Below, piece by piece: positions 36,435 through 51,502 of a stretch of 64,000 bases of DNA. The stretch covers positions 9,506 to 73,505 of the forward strand of contig JBCDIK010000001.1 of assembly GCA_038749065.1 (NCBI GenBank), in the 5' to 3' direction. Each line of letters starts with the position of its first letter. Within the stretch, counting starts at the first letter, position 1. The translations under genes were made by a program, and so were the position numbers. The stretch is from Pseudomonadota bacterium (GTDB taxonomy: Bacteria; Pseudomonadota; Gammaproteobacteria; Pseudomonadales; Azotimanducaceae). The notes beneath the pieces were generated by a model. It worked only from the letters and a program-made list of their open reading frames with translations, ran no database searches and was not told the origin of the DNA.

Positions 36435-36872
36435 CTAGGTACTTTTCCGACGTGTCGCGATGCTGCGATCCTCGTCGCGCTCCAGCAGCCAGTGCTCGGG
36501 GGCCACCGCCTGGTCGATCCAGCGAGCGCGGCGCTGCGGCAGACACTGGGCGTCGGCCCAGACCGCCACGTCCGCAGTGGCGGGCTCCGCCAGACGCGGC
36601 GCCCCATCATACCGGGTGGCCGTGAACACCCAGTTGACTCCTACGGCGCCTTGGTAGCGGTACGGGAGCACACATCGGGGCTCCAGGGCCAGCGGTGTGA
36701 CCCCGGTCTCTTCCCGGCACTCGCGACGCGCCGCCTCGCTGGGCAGCTCACCCGCCTTCACATGGCCCCCGGGCAATCCGTAAAACCCGTCCAGGAAGCC
36801 GGTGCCGGCGCGGCGCTGCAGAAAGATCTGCAGCCCCGGTGTGCGCCGGGTCAGCAAGACGTGCGCGACCAT
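36435..36872 (-). CDS. NUDIX hydrolase
   Basis: The Nudix box is GLPGGHVKAGELPSEAARRECREETGV. The start is taken at ATG 36872 (MVAHVLL, GGAG 10 nt upstream). The alternative ATG 36941 would overlap the divergent GNAT start codon. Confidence 0.72.
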   Translation of the reverse strand: MVAHVLLTRRTPGLQIFLQRRAGTGFLDGFYGLPGGHVKAGELPSEAARRECREETGVTPLALEPRCVLPYRYQGAVGVNWVFTATRYDGAPRLAEPATADVAVWADAQCLPQRRARWIDQAVAPEHWLLERDEDRSIATRRKST

Positions 36873-36939
36873 GGGAAACTGGCTCCGGCGGTTGGTGCGC
36901 TCCGGTGCCGACGCGAACTCTGCGGATGTCCGTTCTGTC

Positions 36940-37743
36940 ATGAATGCTGCCCTGCCTGACGATCCTGACACCCTAGCGCCGCTGGCGGCACGGATCGAGG
37001 AAGCTGCAACCAACGCCTGGCCCGCCCTGCAGCAGCAGCGCTATCACGGTTGGACCCTGCGTTTCTCCCGGGGTTTCACGCGCCGGGCCAACAGCGTCGC
37101 GACCGATCTCGCGGCGCAGACGCTGCCCGATAACCATAGTCTGCAGGAGCGCATCCGCTACTGCGAAAACCGCTACGCCGCGGCGGATCTGGCGACGGTC
37201 TTCCGCCTGACCAGCCTCGGCACCGATGGGGAACTGGACGCCGTACTGGCCGACCGGGGCTACCGCCGCGGAGGCGAGACCCTGGTGCTCGCCCGGGAGC
37301 TGAACGGGGTGACGGCCACCGGCGTTGGGGCAACGGACTCGGTCCGTCAGCTCGCGGCGCTGCAGGACTGGCTCGATGGCTACAGCGTACTGGCAGAACT
37401 GCCACCGGCGGGTGCTGCCCTGCACCGGGCGATCCTGCGGGCGATCCCCTTCGAACTCGGCCTGTGGGTCGCCGCCGGTGCGCCAGCAGCCGCCCCCAGG
37501 GCCTGCGGTCTGGGCGTGCTCGAAGCGGAGTTGCTGGGCCTGTTCGATATCATCACGGACGCTCGCCACCGGCAGCAGGGCTACGGGCGTGCGCTGGTGC
37601 AGGCCCTGCTGTCCTGGGGCGCGGATCAGGGCGCACGCTACGCCTACCTGCAGGTTGCCGCGGACAACACGCCGGCGCTCGCGCTCTACGAACGCTTCGA
37701 GTTCTCACCCCTGTACCGCTACTGGTACCGTCAAAGCAACTGA
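36940..37743 (+). CDS. GNAT family N-acetyltransferase
   Basis: 267 aa. The motif A region is ITDARHRQQGYGRALVQALLSWGADQGARYAYLQV, with YERFEFSP near the C-terminus. Confidence 0.68.
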   Translation: MNAALPDDPDTLAPLAARIEEAATNAWPALQQQRYHGWTLRFSRGFTRRANSVATDLAAQTLPDNHSLQERIRYCENRYAAADLATVFRLTSLGTDGELDAVLADRGYRRGGETLVLARELNGVTATGVGATDSVRQLAALQDWLDGYSVLAELPPAGAALHRAILRAIPFELGLWVAAGAPAAAPRACGLGVLEAELLGLFDIITDARHRQQGYGRALVQALLSWGADQGARYAYLQVAADNTPALALYERFEFSPLYRYWYRQSN

Positions 37744-38188
37744 CACTCACGGGGGCCCCGACTTGATTTGCCACGCCTGTTCTGGGATCTTGCGCTGCTC
37801 GGTCGCGCTCGGATAACCCTCCTCGCGCGATCATACAATTCTTCGTAAATCGAGAGAGCAAGCGCTGACATCTGCCCGCCCGAAGCGGATGGGGCACACC
37901 TCAGCGCTCACCCGGACGTGCTTTCCGGCCACCCCTTGGGCACGGTCCGATACGCCGAAAAAAACCCCTGATGTCATGCGGTTAGTGAACATCAGGAGGC
38001 TGGACAGGCACCGCAAGTGTTCCCTGACAGCTACCGCGGGCGATCCTCGCGGTCAGGGCACCCTACGCTTTCCCGGGAGCGCGACGCGCAACCGGGTACG
38101 GTAACGGCGAGCGCTTTGTAAGGGCTCGCCAAGGCGCCGCGCGCGACCCGATCGGAAGAATCGGGCGTTCGCTCGCCGGACGGGACAG

Positions 38189-42890
<4,702 letters not shown>

Positions 42891-42906
42891 GAGGGACAGG
42901 AAAGAC

Positions 42907-44370
42907 ATGGGTAAGCCCACAGGATTCATGGAAGTTGGCCGCAAGACGCAGGCCTACCGGCCACCGGCAGAGCGGATGCTCGACTTCAAGGAGATCTACG
43001 GCGATCACAACACGGCGCACCTTCAAGAGCAGGGCTCCAGGTGCATGGATTGCGGCGTGCCGTTCTGCCAATCCAACGACGGCTGTCCGATCCACAACCT
43101 GATCCCTGAGTGGAACGATCTGGTGTATCGCGATCAGTGGCGCGAAGCTCTGGATCGCCTGCACAAGACCAACAACTTTCCCGAGTTCACCGGTCGCGTC
43201 TGCCCGGCTCCCTGCGAAGGTGCCTGCGTGCTCGGCATCACCGACCCCGCAGTGACGATCAAGAACATCGAGATGGCGATCATCGATCGCGGCTTCGCCG
43301 AAGGCTGGGTGGTGCCCACCCCGCCGAAGACGCGCACCAGCAAGCGGGTCGCCGTGGTCGGCTCCGGTCCTGCGGGGCTCGCAGCCGCCGATCAGCTGAA
43401 CAAGGCCGGCCACAACGTGACCGTCTACGAGCGCGCCGACCGGATCGGTGGGCTGCTCATGTACGGCATTCCAAACATGAAGCTCGAAAAGGAAGCGGTG
43501 GTGGAGCGCCGGGTGGATCTGCTGCGCGCGGAAGGGGTCGAGTTCAAGACCGGCGCCAACATTGCCGACGGCACCAACGGCTCCATCGACTCGCGCACGC
43601 TGCAGCAGGAGTACGACGCGGTGCTGCTGTCCACGGGCGCGACGACCCCGCGGGACCTGCCGATTCCAGGGCGGGACCTCAAGGGCGTGCACTTTGCCAT
43701 GGAGTTCTTGACGGCCAACACCAAGAGCCTGCTCGACAGCGAGCACGCCGATGGTGACTACATCTCCGCCAAGGACAAGGACGTCATCGTCATCGGCGGC
43801 GGCGATACCGGCACCGACTGCATTGGCACCTCGCTGCGCCACGGCTGCCGGTCCCTGGTGAACTTCGAGCTGTTTCCGAAGCCGCCGCAGGAGCGAGCCG
43901 ACAACAACCCCTGGCCCACCTGGCCGCGCATTTTCCGCGTGGACTACGGACACGAGGAAGCGAGCCAGCGCGACGGCGATGACCCGCGGGTGTACAGCAT
44001 CTCCAGCGTCGAGTTCTGCGACAACGGCAACGGCCACATCAAGGCCATCAAGACCGTCAACGTCGAGTTCAAGGACGGCAAGTTCGAGAACGTGCCGGGC
44101 TCAGAACAAGAGTGGCCGTGCGATCTGGCGCTACTGGCCCTGGGCTTTCTTGGCCCCGAGCACGAGGTGTCAGAGCCCCTGGATCTGGAGTACGACCCGC
44201 GCTCGAACTACGCCGCCGACTACGGCGCTTATCGCACCAACGTCGACAACGTCTTCGCCGCCGGAGACTGCCGCCGTGGGCAATCGCTGGTGGTGCGAGC
44301 GATCAACGAAGGGCGCGAAGCGGCCCGGGAGATCGACAAGTACCTCATGGGCAGCAGCCAGCTGCCCTGA
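42907..44370 (+). CDS. gltD: glutamate synthase small subunit
   Basis: MGKPTGFME, Fe-S Cys clusters ([10 protein letters not shown] and CPAPCEGAC), the NAD(P)H/FAD fold [14 protein letters not shown] and GGGDTGTDC, and [13 protein letters not shown]. Confidence 0.92.
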   Translation: MGKPTGFMEVGRKTQAYRPPAERMLDFKEIYGDHNTAHLQEQGSRCMDCGVPFCQSNDGCPIHNLIPEWNDLVYRDQWREALDRLHKTNNFPEFTGRVCPAPCEGACVLGITDPAVTIKNIEMAIIDRGFAEGWVVPTPPKTRTSKRVAVVGSGPAGLAAADQLNKAGHNVTVYERADRIGGLLMYGIPNMKLEKEAVVERRVDLLRAEGVEFKTGANIADGTNGSIDSRTLQQEYDAVLLSTGATTPRDLPIPGRDLKGVHFAMEFLTANTKSLLDSEHADGDYISAKDKDVIVIGGGDTGTDCIGTSLRHGCRSLVNFELFPKPPQERADNNPWPTWPRIFRVDYGHEEASQRDGDDPRVYSISSVEFCDNGNGHIKAIKTVNVEFKDGKFENVPGSEQEWPCDLALLALGFLGPEHEVSEPLDLEYDPRSNYAADYGAYRTNVDNVFAAGDCRRGQSLVVRAINEGREAAREIDKYLMGSSQLP

Positions 44371-44416
44371 TTCCGGGACCCGCGCGCTACAGGCCAGGGC
44401 GACACCGCTTGCGCGT

Positions 44417-46603
44417 TCAAGCGCCGCCCTGTGGGCTGATCAGCGGTAACTGCCGTTGGCGCACACCCGTCACAGCAAAGCAGGCGTTGGCAATCGCAGC
44501 CGCCGCCGGCGCGAAGGCCGCCTCCGCGGCACCTGAGGGTGCAGCCTCAGAGTCCACGAGCTGAATCGTCAGCTCCGGCACGTCGCTCTGCCGGGGTAGC
44601 GTGTAGCGGTCAAAGTTGTCGGTCGCAGCGATCCCCTGCTCCAGCAGGAACGCCTCCTTCAGCGCCATACCGATGCCCCAGATCAGGTTGCCCTCAACCT
44701 GGGCGCGAACCTGATCCACGGAGACCATGCGCCCGCAATCATGCACGCACAGTATTCTTGTGACCTTCAAGCCGGCATCGGTCAGCTCGACCTGCGCCGC
44801 AATGGCCAGGAAGGTCACACCCTTGTAAGCCGCGGCCGCAACACCAAAGGCTCCATCGAGTGGAGCGAGCATCTGCCGCAGCCGTGAGAGGCAGTGCGCC
44901 AGGCGCCCGCTCGGCAGATGCGCCTGACGAAACTCGATGGGGTCCCGGCCAGCAGCCCGCGCGAGCTCATCGATGGCGCACTCCACGGCGAAGGTGTTCG
45001 GTGCTGCCCCGAGGCCGCGCCAGGGACCGGTCGGCATGGGCACACGCTCGTCAGCAAATTCGGTAGCGGTGTGCGCCACCTGGTAGGGGATGGCCATGCC
45101 GCGCCTGGTGCCAGGATCCGGGACGCGATTCGCCAGCCAATGCAGGTAAGGCGGAACGAACATGGAAGAGGTCAGTACCGGCGCGCCAACCGCCCGATGG
45201 TGCCAATAGGCGATACGTCCATCACGATCCAGACCTGCATCGATGCGGGTGGAGAACTGCGGGCCCACATAGTTGTACCGGAACTCTTCTTCCCGCGACC
45301 ACTGGACCTTCACGGGCACACCGGCGCCCCGGCTCAACCAGGCCGCCTCCACCGATGCCTGACAAAGCACGCGTCCGCCGAAGGCTCCGCCAACACGCTG
45401 ATTGCGTACGATGACCTGTTCGCGGCGGAGCCCCAGGGCTTTAGACGCAGCGGCCTGCACCATCCAGGGATCCTGGGACCCGGTCCAGATCTCACAGATC
45501 TGTCGGCCATCTTGGTCTTTGCGCCAAGACGCCACCCCGCTTCGTGGCTCCATGGCAGCGTGCGCAACCGTTGGAGAGTCGTAGCGCAGGGACAGCCTGG
45601 TGACCGCGTCGCGCTCGCCTTCTGCGAGCTCTCCACTGTTCTCGCCGCCGTGGTCGAGCGCTCGTCGCTCGATGAACTCGTCGATATCCAGCGACTGCTG
45701 GGTCGCCGCCAGTGCATCTTCGCTGAGGTCATGCCAGCTTGGGGCAAGGGCGGCCAGGCCAAGCGTCGCAGCCATAGGCGTGGTGGCAACGACGCCAATG
45801 TCGCGCCCCTGCTCAACCACCGCTTGCACGCCATCGACCGCGGCGGCCGCAGCCCGATCTGCGCTCGCAAGGCGCGCGCCGAGCTGGGGTGGCCGCGCCA
45901 GCACGCCAAAGTGCAGGTTGGGCAACTGCACATCACGGCTGTACCGTTCTGCACCGGTCACAATCGCCCGAACGTGCGGATCGTGGCGGCCATGAGCACA
46001 CCTGTTTACGCGCGTTAGCGCATTTGGCGCTGAGGCATCGCCAAGGCTGAGCAGCACGATCGGCTGATCTCTGGGCAAAGCGACAAGCGTGTCCTCTGCC
46101 TGCGTCAGGAGTTCGCGGTAGCGCAGGGGTCGACCACTCTCCGCGACAAAACCAGCAGCCGTGAGTTGAACGCCTGCAGGGGGCACTCCCAAGCGCGCAG
46201 CCGCACGTTCCCGAAGCGTTTCCCGCAGGCAAGCCGCGGAGCGCGCGATCAGCTCGAGGTAGTTTTCGACGCTCTGACTACCAACGGTCATCTGGCAGGG
46301 CGCCATCAGCGCTGTGTCCTGGTAATGGCAGTGGACGTTGTCTACGGGCACTTGCAACTCTTCCGCGACGATCGCTGCGAAGCTGATCCCAATCCCCTGG
46401 CCGAGTTCGGCACGCGGCAGCAGGAACCTGACAGAACCATCCCCGCACAGCTGTACCCAGCTGTAGATATCATCCTCTTGGGATTCCGAGAAGGTCGGCA
46501 AGGGTGGCACCAGGGAACAACCGCCGACTCCGATCGCGGTGATCCCGCCAGCGATCCAACCGGAGCGAATGAGAAACGCCCGCCGCGAGCTCCGCAAGCT
46601 CAT
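44417..46603 (-). CDS. molybdopterin-dependent oxidoreductase, large subunit (IorB / aldehyde oxidase-xanthine dehydrogenase family)
   Basis: The Tat-like N-terminus is [25 protein letters not shown]. It is about 728 aa with family-typical WTGSQ, GGAFG and GLG. Its start overlaps the stop of the 2Fe-2S subunit gene (ATGA). Confidence 0.82.
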   Translation of the reverse strand: MSLRSSRRAFLIRSGWIAGGITAIGVGGCSLVPPLPTFSESQEDDIYSWVQLCGDGSVRFLLPRAELGQGIGISFAAIVAEELQVPVDNVHCHYQDTALMAPCQMTVGSQSVENYLELIARSAACLRETLRERAAARLGVPPAGVQLTAAGFVAESGRPLRYRELLTQAEDTLVALPRDQPIVLLSLGDASAPNALTRVNRCAHGRHDPHVRAIVTGAERYSRDVQLPNLHFGVLARPPQLGARLASADRAAAAAVDGVQAVVEQGRDIGVVATTPMAATLGLAALAPSWHDLSEDALAATQQSLDIDEFIERRALDHGGENSGELAEGERDAVTRLSLRYDSPTVAHAAMEPRSGVASWRKDQDGRQICEIWTGSQDPWMVQAAASKALGLRREQVIVRNQRVGGAFGGRVLCQASVEAAWLSRGAGVPVKVQWSREEEFRYNYVGPQFSTRIDAGLDRDGRIAYWHHRAVGAPVLTSSMFVPPYLHWLANRVPDPGTRRGMAIPYQVAHTATEFADERVPMPTGPWRGLGAAPNTFAVECAIDELARAAGRDPIEFRQAHLPSGRLAHCLSRLRQMLAPLDGAFGVAAAAYKGVTFLAIAAQVELTDAGLKVTRILCVHDCGRMVSVDQVRAQVEGNLIWGIGMALKEAFLLEQGIAATDNFDRYTLPRQSDVPELTIQLVDSEAAPSGAAEAAFAPAAAAIANACFAVTGVRQRQLPLISPQGGA

Positions 46604-47070
46604 GCCTCGAGTTCCTGCGCCAGTTCGGCGGCGCGCAGTGTGCCTGCACAGATGCGTGTGTAGGTCCCGCAGCGGCACAGGTTGCCATTCATCGCTTGAG
46701 CAACTTCCGCTTTCGAAGGGGTCGCGTTTTGAGCCAGGAACGCCGCCGCGGTCATGATCTGCCCGGCCTGGCAGTAACCGCACTGCGGCACGGAACACTC
46801 AATCCAGGCCTGCTGCACCGGATGCAGATCGCTCCCATCGCTCAAGCCTTCGATGGTTGTAATCCTGGCATCGCGCAGGGACTGTACCGGGAGCAGACAG
46901 GCGCGAGCCGCCGCGCCGTCAACGTGCACGGTACAGGCGCCGCACAGGCCTTTGCCGCAGCCGAATTTGGTGCCTGTCAATCCAAGCCCGTCACGAAGGA
47001 GCGTTAGGAGAGACTCTGTTTCCCAGCCCGCAGGCACATCTTGGAGAGAATCATTGATGGAGAGTTTCAT
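46600..47070 (-). CDS. (2Fe-2S)-binding subunit (IorA-like)
   Basis: The two cluster motifs are [12 protein letters not shown] and [11 protein letters not shown]...LCRCGTY. Confidence 0.87.
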   Translation of the reverse strand: MKLSINDSLQDVPAGWETESLLTLLRDGLGLTGTKFGCGKGLCGACTVHVDGAAARACLLPVQSLRDARITTIEGLSDGSDLHPVQQAWIECSVPQCGYCQAGQIMTAAAFLAQNATPSKAEVAQAMNGNLCRCGTYTRICAGTLRAAELAQELEA

Positions 47071-47175
47071 GGTTGGGGGATCGCCGCTCTTGCTCGAGGC
47101 CCACCACCATGCCAACGCCGCTATGCAAGGGCTTGAAGGATCACGCCAATCGGCGCCCCGGGTTCTCTCATGCCC

Positions 47176-48078
47176 TCAGGGCGAGGCAGAGACTTCAAGG
47201 TATTGTGAAGGCGTCATGTTGAAGCGCAGTTTGAAGTCACGGCTGAAATGCGCCTGATCGGCGAATCCACAAACGTACCCGACCTCGATCAGAGAAGCGC
47301 AGCCGCTCGCCATCAGCGCCGCTGAACGCTCAACCCGAACGGTGCGCAACACCTTCTGGAAGGATGCGCCCTCGCGACTCAGCGCACGTTGCAGGCTGCG
47401 CGTTGACACGCCCAGGCGCTGCGCCACGGCGGACAATCGCCAGCTGTGGCCCAGATCGTCACTCAGCAGCGTCGTCAGCCGAGCCAGTGTCGACACCGAG
47501 GGCGTCTCCGTTGAGACAGCGCGTGAGCGCGGATCGTATCGCTCCCAACACAGTTGCCAGCGTGCCGTATCTGAGGGCAACGGAAAGCCTTCAACGCGTT
47601 GATCCCCCTGCATTGCCGGCTCGGTGCCAATCCTCGCGGTGAGGCCGCGAGCGCCGCCACACTGGAGCAGCGCAGTGAGAAGTCCCACGATCAGCAGATC
47701 TTCACCGGCCGACGGCGGTCCGCCTCTGAGCGAGTAGTGCTCGAGCACCAGCGCCGACTGGCCTTCCTCAACCACCCGGACCCGATGACTGCCGTGGAAA
47801 TAGCGCTCCAGACGCTGCCAGCGCGCCAACAGCTCGAAAGGGGACCGCGCCTTGAGCAGGGTCGCGATGATCGGCTCCGCTGTCAGGGCACGAATACCCT
47901 GACCGATCCCGAAGACTGCCGCACAGCCCTTCTCGGACAGCGCGAGCGACAGCAAATCGGCCTTCTCGGACCCCTGCGTCTTACCCTGGAACGCTGGGTT
48001 CGGACGAGCGTCAACGCCGATATCGCTAAGTTTCTTTACGATCAGGTTGTAGAGTGCGGTGCTCGCAAACTCGTCCAT
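47176..48078 (-). CDS. AraC family transcriptional regulator
   Basis: The C-terminal double HTH is LSAVAQRLGVSTRSLQRAL...IEVGYVCGFADQAHFSRDFKLRFNMTPSQY. It lies upstream of iorAB on the same strand. Confidence 0.82.
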   Translation of the reverse strand: MDEFASTALYNLIVKKLSDIGVDARPNPAFQGKTQGSEKADLLSLALSEKGCAAVFGIGQGIRALTAEPIIATLLKARSPFELLARWQRLERYFHGSHRVRVVEEGQSALVLEHYSLRGGPPSAGEDLLIVGLLTALLQCGGARGLTARIGTEPAMQGDQRVEGFPLPSDTARWQLCWERYDPRSRAVSTETPSVSTLARLTTLLSDDLGHSWRLSAVAQRLGVSTRSLQRALSREGASFQKVLRTVRVERSAALMASGCASLIEVGYVCGFADQAHFSRDFKLRFNMTPSQYLEVSASP

Positions 48079-48111
48079 GCGCGATCGTCACGCGGGCCGG
48101 GCCCGATCGCC

Positions 48112-49713
48112 CTACTGTGCCCGAATCGTCTTCTGCACTGCGTCAAGTGGCCGGATCCATGGCTTCACGCGGCCCACTTCCGCAGGCAGCGTTCGAGCGC
48201 CCCGCTCCGCGGCCGCGCGGCTGGGGTAGGCCCCGTAGGTCGCCACATACAGCTTCTTGCCATCGACGTTCCGCTCATAGACCGCGAAGTCGGACGGTCG
48301 CCGTTGCTTGGCGAGAAAGCCGGTCATGCCTTCCCGGCTGCCGAGGGTGATGAGCTGCACGGTGAAGTGCGTGCCATCACGCGTGAGCAGCCAGTCGCTA
48401 TCGCGGACGCCGGGGACTAACACCTGTGCCTGTGCCGTCGACTGCGTCGGAGCCGGCGACTTCGACGAGGTCGAAGTCTCAGGTGCTCGCCGTGACGGAG
48501 TGGTACGCGGGGTGGGAGACGCAGCTACTTGGGGGTTCCGTGCGGCGGGAGACGTCTTTGCCTGCGCAGTCTGCTCAGCAGCGGCGGGCGCTTGAGTCTT
48601 CGATTCAATCGGAGACGCAGTGATTTCCAGCTGCGGCGCGAGCTGTGGCGGGGTTCGGGCCAGCTGCGCCTGCGACGCATCGCCTGTGGCTGACGCGGGC
48701 GCGGCGGCGGCCACGGGCGGCTGAGCGCTGACCGCGGGCTCCGCGGCACCGCCGTTCAAGCGCTCCGGCAACGGCTGCGGCATGCTGGCCGCGACCAGAT
48801 CCGGGTCCGGCTCCGGTCCGCTGTCGATCCAAAGGTACAGCGCGGCAACCACCGCGAGCAGGCCGAGGGTCACGAGCAGGTGCGGCAGCGGGAACGCCCG
48901 TGCCGGTGCGGCAAAGCCCGTTTTCGCCGGCTGCGGCTGCTGCGAGAGCATGTCGCTCGCCAGCACATCGATGCGCCCGGGCAGCCCCTCGCTGGCATTG
49001 AGCAGCTGCGCGGTCTGCTCTTCAGAGAACGGGGAGCCGGGATAGCCGAGCTGCCGCGCGCGCCAGTCGACGTAAGCCCGCGCATCGGTCTCCGACAGGG
49101 GCAAGAGCGTACTTTCGTAGCAGGCAATATCCAGATCGGTGGTCGCCTGATTCACGCGGTCCGGCAAAGTCGAGTCTCCAAACAACAGTACCCGCAGGCG
49201 GCAATCGACCGACAGGGACAGCAGCGCCTCCAGGGCACCGCCACTCGCCTGCTGCGCATCATCGACGAGCACGGCGCACAGCCGATCCGCCGCCTGCTGC
49301 GTGCCCAGATGTTCCCGCAGGAGCAGGGCCAGCGCTTTCGGATCGGTGTCTTCGCCGCCGTCAACGCCGAGCTGATAAGCCAGCGCGCGATAGAGCAGCG
49401 CCGGGCTTTCACAGGTGGCCCCATCGAGCGCCGCGACGGTGGCATTGCTGGTCAGCGCCTGGCGCAGGTGCCGGAACAGGGTCGAGCGGCCGGCCCCTTC
49501 AGCGCCGGTGATCAGCAGCGCTCGCCGCGACCACTTGCTCAGGTGCCGCAGCTGGTCGAAAAGGCGCTTGCGCGGGCCTTTCGGAAACAGCTCATCGCTG
49601 CCGGAGGCAAACGCTGCCGGGCGACGCGGTGCGGGTGGTCGCATGGCATCCGGCACGATGACCGGGTCGGGGCTGTCTTCGGCTGGCGTCATGTTCAGTT
49701 CGGGGCTGTTCAC
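48112..49713 (-). CDS. AAA-ATPase-like / SPOR domain protein (DamX-position protein downstream of aroB)
   Basis: The N-terminal P-loop-like segment is LLITGAEGAGRSTL, with Arg where Lys is expected. It also has a central TM, a long Pro/Ala/Thr/Gln-rich linker, and a C-terminal SPOR-like domain (FTVQLITLGSREGMTGFL...YVATYGAYPSRAAAERGARTLP). Confidence 0.65.
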   Translation of the reverse strand: MNSPELNMTPAEDSPDPVIVPDAMRPPAPRRPAAFASGSDELFPKGPRKRLFDQLRHLSKWSRRALLITGAEGAGRSTLFRHLRQALTSNATVAALDGATCESPALLYRALAYQLGVDGGEDTDPKALALLLREHLGTQQAADRLCAVLVDDAQQASGGALEALLSLSVDCRLRVLLFGDSTLPDRVNQATTDLDIACYESTLLPLSETDARAYVDWRARQLGYPGSPFSEEQTAQLLNASEGLPGRIDVLASDMLSQQPQPAKTGFAAPARAFPLPHLLVTLGLLAVVAALYLWIDSGPEPDPDLVAASMPQPLPERLNGGAAEPAVSAQPPVAAAAPASATGDASQAQLARTPPQLAPQLEITASPIESKTQAPAAAEQTAQAKTSPAARNPQVAASPTPRTTPSRRAPETSTSSKSPAPTQSTAQAQVLVPGVRDSDWLLTRDGTHFTVQLITLGSREGMTGFLAKQRRPSDFAVYERNVDGKKLYVATYGAYPSRAAAERGARTLPAEVGRVKPWIRPLDAVQKTIRAQ

Positions 49714-50846
49714 CGGATCCCTCCTGCGTCGACCGGGTCAAGGCCGAAAGCGCGAAGCTGCGTGCTGCCATTTGTCAGGACATCCATCAGCACGGGGGCC
49801 GGCACGTCGCTGTGCACGGCCACCTGGCCCAGTCCATGCAGGAGCACGAGGCGCAGTTTGCCGTCTTGAACCTTCTTGTCCAAGCCCATGGTATCGACCA
49901 TGGCCTGTGGGTCCAACTCCGGTGGCGCGACGGGCAGGCCGAGGCGCTGCAGCAGACGTCCGATGCGCCCGACCGCGGCCGCATCGCACAGCCCAAGGCG
50001 CGCTGACAGCATGGCCGCCTGCACCATGCCCAGGGCCACGGCTTCGCCGTGTAGCCAGGTCTGATAGCCGGTCAGCGTCTCAATGGCGTGGCCGAAGGTG
50101 TGTCCGAAGTTGAGGATGGCGCGGATGCCGCCTTCGCGCTCATCGGCGGCAACCACCCGCGCCTTGTTCTCGACGCTGCGGCGTACCGCCTGCGCAATGG
50201 CGGCCGGTTCCCGATCCGCGAGCGCATCTGCGACACCCTCGAGCCACTCGAAAAACGCTAGGTCATCGATGATGCCGTACTTCACGACCTCCGCGAGCCC
50301 GGCCGCGTACTCCCGGGTGGGCAACGAACGCAACACCGCCGCATCGGCGAGGACTGCGCGCGGCTGGTAAAAGGCGCCGATCATGTTCTTGCCGAGGGGA
50401 TGGTTGACGGCGGTCTTGCCCCCTACAGAGGAATCCACCTGCGCGAGCAGCGTGGTCGGAATCTGCACGAAGTCCACGCCGCGCTGATAGCAGGCGGCGA
50501 CAAAGCCGGTCATATCGCCGACCACGCCGCCGCCGAGCGCGACGAGGGTGGTCGAGCGGCTATGTCGATGCTCCAGCAGGAATCCCATGATGCTCTCGAA
50601 TACCGCCAGGGACTTGTGGGCTTCCCCATCCGGCATGGTGAACACATCGATCGCCGCGGGTGCGAGCAATGGCCGCAGCGCGTCGAGGTACAGCGGCGCA
50701 ACCACGGTGTTGGTAACCACCACCACCTGCCGCTCGCTGAGGTAAGGCCGCAGCAGATCCTCCTGCTCGAGCAGGCCGTCGCCAATGATGACCGGGTAGC
50801 TGCGCTCGCCCAGGTCGATCTCGACCTGCTGGGGCACTGCGCTCAC
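49710..50846 (-). CDS. aroB: 3-dehydroquinate synthase
   Basis: LVALGGGVVGDMTGFVAACYQRGV.FVQIPTTLLAQVDSSVGGKTAVNH and NFGHTFGHAIE. Confidence 0.93.
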   Translation of the reverse strand: MSAVPQQVEIDLGERSYPVIIGDGLLEQEDLLRPYLSERQVVVVTNTVVAPLYLDALRPLLAPAAIDVFTMPDGEAHKSLAVFESIMGFLLEHRHSRSTTLVALGGGVVGDMTGFVAACYQRGVDFVQIPTTLLAQVDSSVGGKTAVNHPLGKNMIGAFYQPRAVLADAAVLRSLPTREYAAGLAEVVKYGIIDDLAFFEWLEGVADALADREPAAIAQAVRRSVENKARVVAADEREGGIRAILNFGHTFGHAIETLTGYQTWLHGEAVALGMVQAAMLSARLGLCDAAAVGRIGRLLQRLGLPVAPPELDPQAMVDTMGLDKKVQDGKLRLVLLHGLGQVAVHSDVPAPVLMDVLTNGSTQLRAFGLDPVDAGGIR

Positions 50847-51370
50847 GACAGGACCTCGTCTTCCCGCAGGCGCTGCTCGATACGGCGCGCGAGCACCCGC
50901 GGGCTGGAGCGGTCGGTCACGAAACAGTAGTAGGCGATCTCGCGATACAGCGGGCCCCGTTCCTGCTGCAGGGCCTGCAGCTTGTCGCGCACGTTGCCGC
51001 CCTGCAGCAGCGGCCGTCGGCTGTCGCGGCTGGTGCGCTCAACCAGGCGCTCGATGGGGCTATCGAGAAACACAACAGTACCCCGACCCCCGAGTGCGCA
51101 GCGGTTGCGCGGATCCAGCACGGCGCCGCCCCCGGTGGCCAGCACCGTCGCGTCCCAGTGGGTGGCCTCGTCGATGACCGCTGCTTCCCGGGCGCGGAAG
51201 CCGGCTTCGCCCTCAACATCAAAGATCCAGCTGATGTCCGCCCCGGCCCGCTCCTCGATGAGCTGATCCGTATCGACGAACTGCCAGCCCAGGGACCCGG
51301 CAAGGAGCCGCCCGACGGTCGTCTTGCCCACCGCCATGAGTCCGATCAAAAAAAGCCGGCTGGCTGCCAT
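50843..51370 (-). CDS. aroK: shikimate kinase
   Basis: The Walker A is LIGLMAVGKTTVGRLLA, with FVDTD and VLATGGGAV. It overlaps the aroB start by 4 nt. Confidence 0.9.
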   Translation of the reverse strand: MAASRLFLIGLMAVGKTTVGRLLAGSLGWQFVDTDQLIEERAGADISWIFDVEGEAGFRAREAAVIDEATHWDATVLATGGGAVLDPRNRCALGGRGTVVFLDSPIERLVERTSRDSRRPLLQGGNVRDKLQALQQERGPLYREIAYYCFVTDRSSPRVLARRIEQRLREDEVLS

Positions 51371-51430
51371 GAATCCCCGGTCCAGGCGCTAAAGCAGTCG
51401 CTTGCGCGTCGAAAACGGGGAGTGTAAACG

Positions 51431-51458
51431 AAAGAGCGCGGCATAAGCCGCGCTCTTT
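51431..51458 (-). terminator. rho-independent terminator downstream of pilQ
   Basis: Perfect 12-bp stem AAAGAGCGCGGC / GCCGCGCTCTTT with loop ATAA, flanked by T/A tracts on both strands. It lies 45 nt after the pilQ stop and about 60 nt before the aroK start. Confidence 0.6.
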
Positions 51459-51502
51459 TACAGGCCGGGCCACGGGCCCCGGCCGGTCTGGCGAACCCGC
51501 CC

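Noticed and set aside
48112-49713. Calling the AAA/SPOR protein an active ATPase or a defence-type NTPase
   Set aside because: The only P-loop-like segment has Arg instead of the Walker A Lys (GAEGAGRST). The gene sits in the conserved aroB-downstream DamX/SPOR position. A structural or cell-division role is more likely, so it was not raised as a finding.
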